Positions 60,920 to 62,048 of a stretch of 62,048 nucleotides of DNA are shown piece by piece. The stretch lies in contig CAYRXE010000002.1 in NCBI GenBank assembly GCA_964428205.1, positions 1 to 62,048 on the forward strand, read 5' to 3'. The stretch comes from an uncultured Candidatus Peribacteria bacterium (GTDB lineage: Bacteria; Patescibacteriota; Gracilibacteria; Peribacterales; Peribacteraceae). Made by a program: the position numbers and the translations under genes. The notes beneath the pieces were generated by a model. That model saw only the letters and a list, made by a program, of their open reading frames with translations, was not told the DNA's origin and did not search any database. The first letter of the stretch is position 1; each line of letters starts with the position of its first letter.

Positions 60920-62048
60920 ATGTCCAAATCATCTTCTGTTTCCGAGTACTCATTGGAGCTCGGCGACAAAACTCTCATCTTTAAGATGGGACAACTCGCT
61001 GGCCAAGCCAGCGGAGCCGTCGTTGGCCAAATGGGCGACACGGTCAGTCTCGCGACGTTCACTGCTGCTGCAAAGGAGCGTGATGGCGTCGATTTCCTTC
61101 CACTCTCCGTTACGTATCAGGAGAAGTATTACGCTGGTGGAAAAATTGCTGGTAGCCGCTTTCGCAAGCGTGAAGGTCGTCCTTCCGATGACTACGTGCT
61201 CCTCGCACGTGTGATCGATCGTGGTCTTCGTCCTATGTTCCCAAAGCACATGCACCGCGACATCCAGTTGATGCTCACGGTCTTGAGTTACGACATGGAG
61301 AATGAGCACGACATCGTCTCTGCAAACGCCGGTAACTTGGCAGTGGCAGTCAGTGACTGTCCTTCTGATGGTCCTCTGGGCACCGTCAGAGTCGGCATGA
61401 TCGATGGTCAACTCGTCCTCAACCCTTCACGCGAAGCACGCCTCAAGAGCGACCTCGATATGTTCGTTACCGCCTCACTTGAGCGCGTCGTGATGATCGA
61501 AGCTGGTGCAAATCAGCTCCCAGAAGCAGAAATCCTCAAGGCTATTGAGTTCGGCAAAAAGTGGGCACAGAAGATCGCCAATTTCTTCAAAGATATTCAA
61601 GAGAAGGTAGGTAAACCTAAGTTCGAAGTTGCTGATCCATATTCTCACGAAGAGGGATACGCCTTCCTTAAGGCATGGGCTTTGCCAACCGTTTCCAATG
61701 CCATCAAGTCCGACATGGCAAAGGGTGCACGCCGCGCGATCTTCAACGATCTCATGGCGCAGGCGAGCGACAAGCTCAAAGAAAAATTCCCTTCGACCGA
61801 AGCAAATGCCGAAGAGATGAGCAAGCTCTACGCATACGGATCCGCCCTCGTCGACAAAGTCATCAAGGGCGAAATGCGCCGCTTGGTGTTGGAAGAAGGT
61901 CTTCGCATGAGCAGCCGCAAGATTGATCAGATTCGTTCACTCGAAGCCATTGTCGATATCCTCCCAAACCGCGTACACGGTTCTGCACTCTTTAACCGCG
62001 GTGAAACACAGGGTCTCACGACCTGCACACTCGGTGGTCCTGGCGACA
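60920..62048 (+). CDS. pnp: Polyribonucleotide nucleotidyltransferase (PNPase), N-terminal 376 aa, continues past window
   Basis: Manual translation from ATG 60920: MSKSSSVSEYSLELGDKTLIFKMGQLAGQASGAVV...DFLPLSVTYQEKYYAGGKIAGSRFRKREGRPSDDYVLLARVIDRGLRPMFP. It is absent from the ORF track because it has no stop in the window. Confidence 0.9.
   Translation, partial: MSKSSSVSEYSLELGDKTLIFKMGQLAGQASGAVVGQMGDTVSLATFTAAAKERDGVDFLPLSVTYQEKYYAGGKIAGSRFRKREGRPSDDYVLLARVIDRGLRPMFPKHMHRDIQLMLTVLSYDMENEHDIVSANAGNLAVAVSDCPSDGPLGTVRVGMIDGQLVLNPSREARLKSDLDMFVTASLERVVMIEAGANQLPEAEILKAIEFGKKWAQKIANFFKDIQEKVGKPKFEVADPYSHEEGYAFLKAWALPTVSNAIKSDMAKGARRAIFNDLMAQASDKLKEKFPSTEANAEEMSKLYAYGSALVDKVIKGEMRRLVLEEGLRMSSRKIDQIRSLEAIVDILPNRVHGSALFNRGETQGLTTCTLGGPGD

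Overview
The 62-kb window is a gene-dense bacterial chromosome segment that reads cleanly in the standard genetic code (TGA is used as a stop, for example in uvrC). All calls were made by eye from the ORF track and the raw sequence; no searches were run.

Housekeeping genes I recognise:
- Translation and RNA: proS, rplY/ctc, hpf, rsmA/ksgA, rlmI-like, rpsO, pnp (runs off the 3' edge), a cold-shock gene (runs off the 5' edge), and two tRNA-Glu genes (CUC and UUC).
- DNA repair and recombination: uvrC, pcrA/uvrD, rmuC, comEC.
- Nucleotide metabolism and energy: rdgB, pyrG, pyrK-pyrD, hppA (membrane H+-pyrophosphatase).

The lineage cannot be assigned from this window. Some traits fit a small-genome uncultured bacterium: a ProRS without the editing insertion, a short ComEC, a lone pilin-like gene, four-helix-bundle 'IVS protein' genes and giant orphan membrane proteins. 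Others (a PEP-CTERM tail, an N-terminal LE(N/D)R.(M/L)LA motif, DDGLP-type PKD-like repeats) are ones I associate with PVC-type bacteria.

Candidates for undescribed biology, strongest first:
1. 5368-12884: a tightly packed four-gene operon of orphan coiled-coil/TM-hairpin proteins that ends in a 1718-aa giant.
2. 23498-27884: a co-directional pair of large, very divergent nucleotide-enzyme-like proteins (an IMPDH/GMP-reductase-like barrel with its Cys loop, then a protein with PRTase-like and LOG-like regions), lying between rdgB and pyrG.
3. 21262-21763: a UvrC carrying a GNAT-like insertion inside its endonuclease domain.
4. 38506-40797: a translationally coupled DsbB-flavodoxin-beta-propeller lipoprotein operon, near His/Glu-rich exported proteins.
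5. 41396-45601: a decayed island next to tRNA-Glu(UUC) whose main cargo is a 1150-aa orphan helical protein.

No CRISPR array, rRNA gene or intact transposase was seen.
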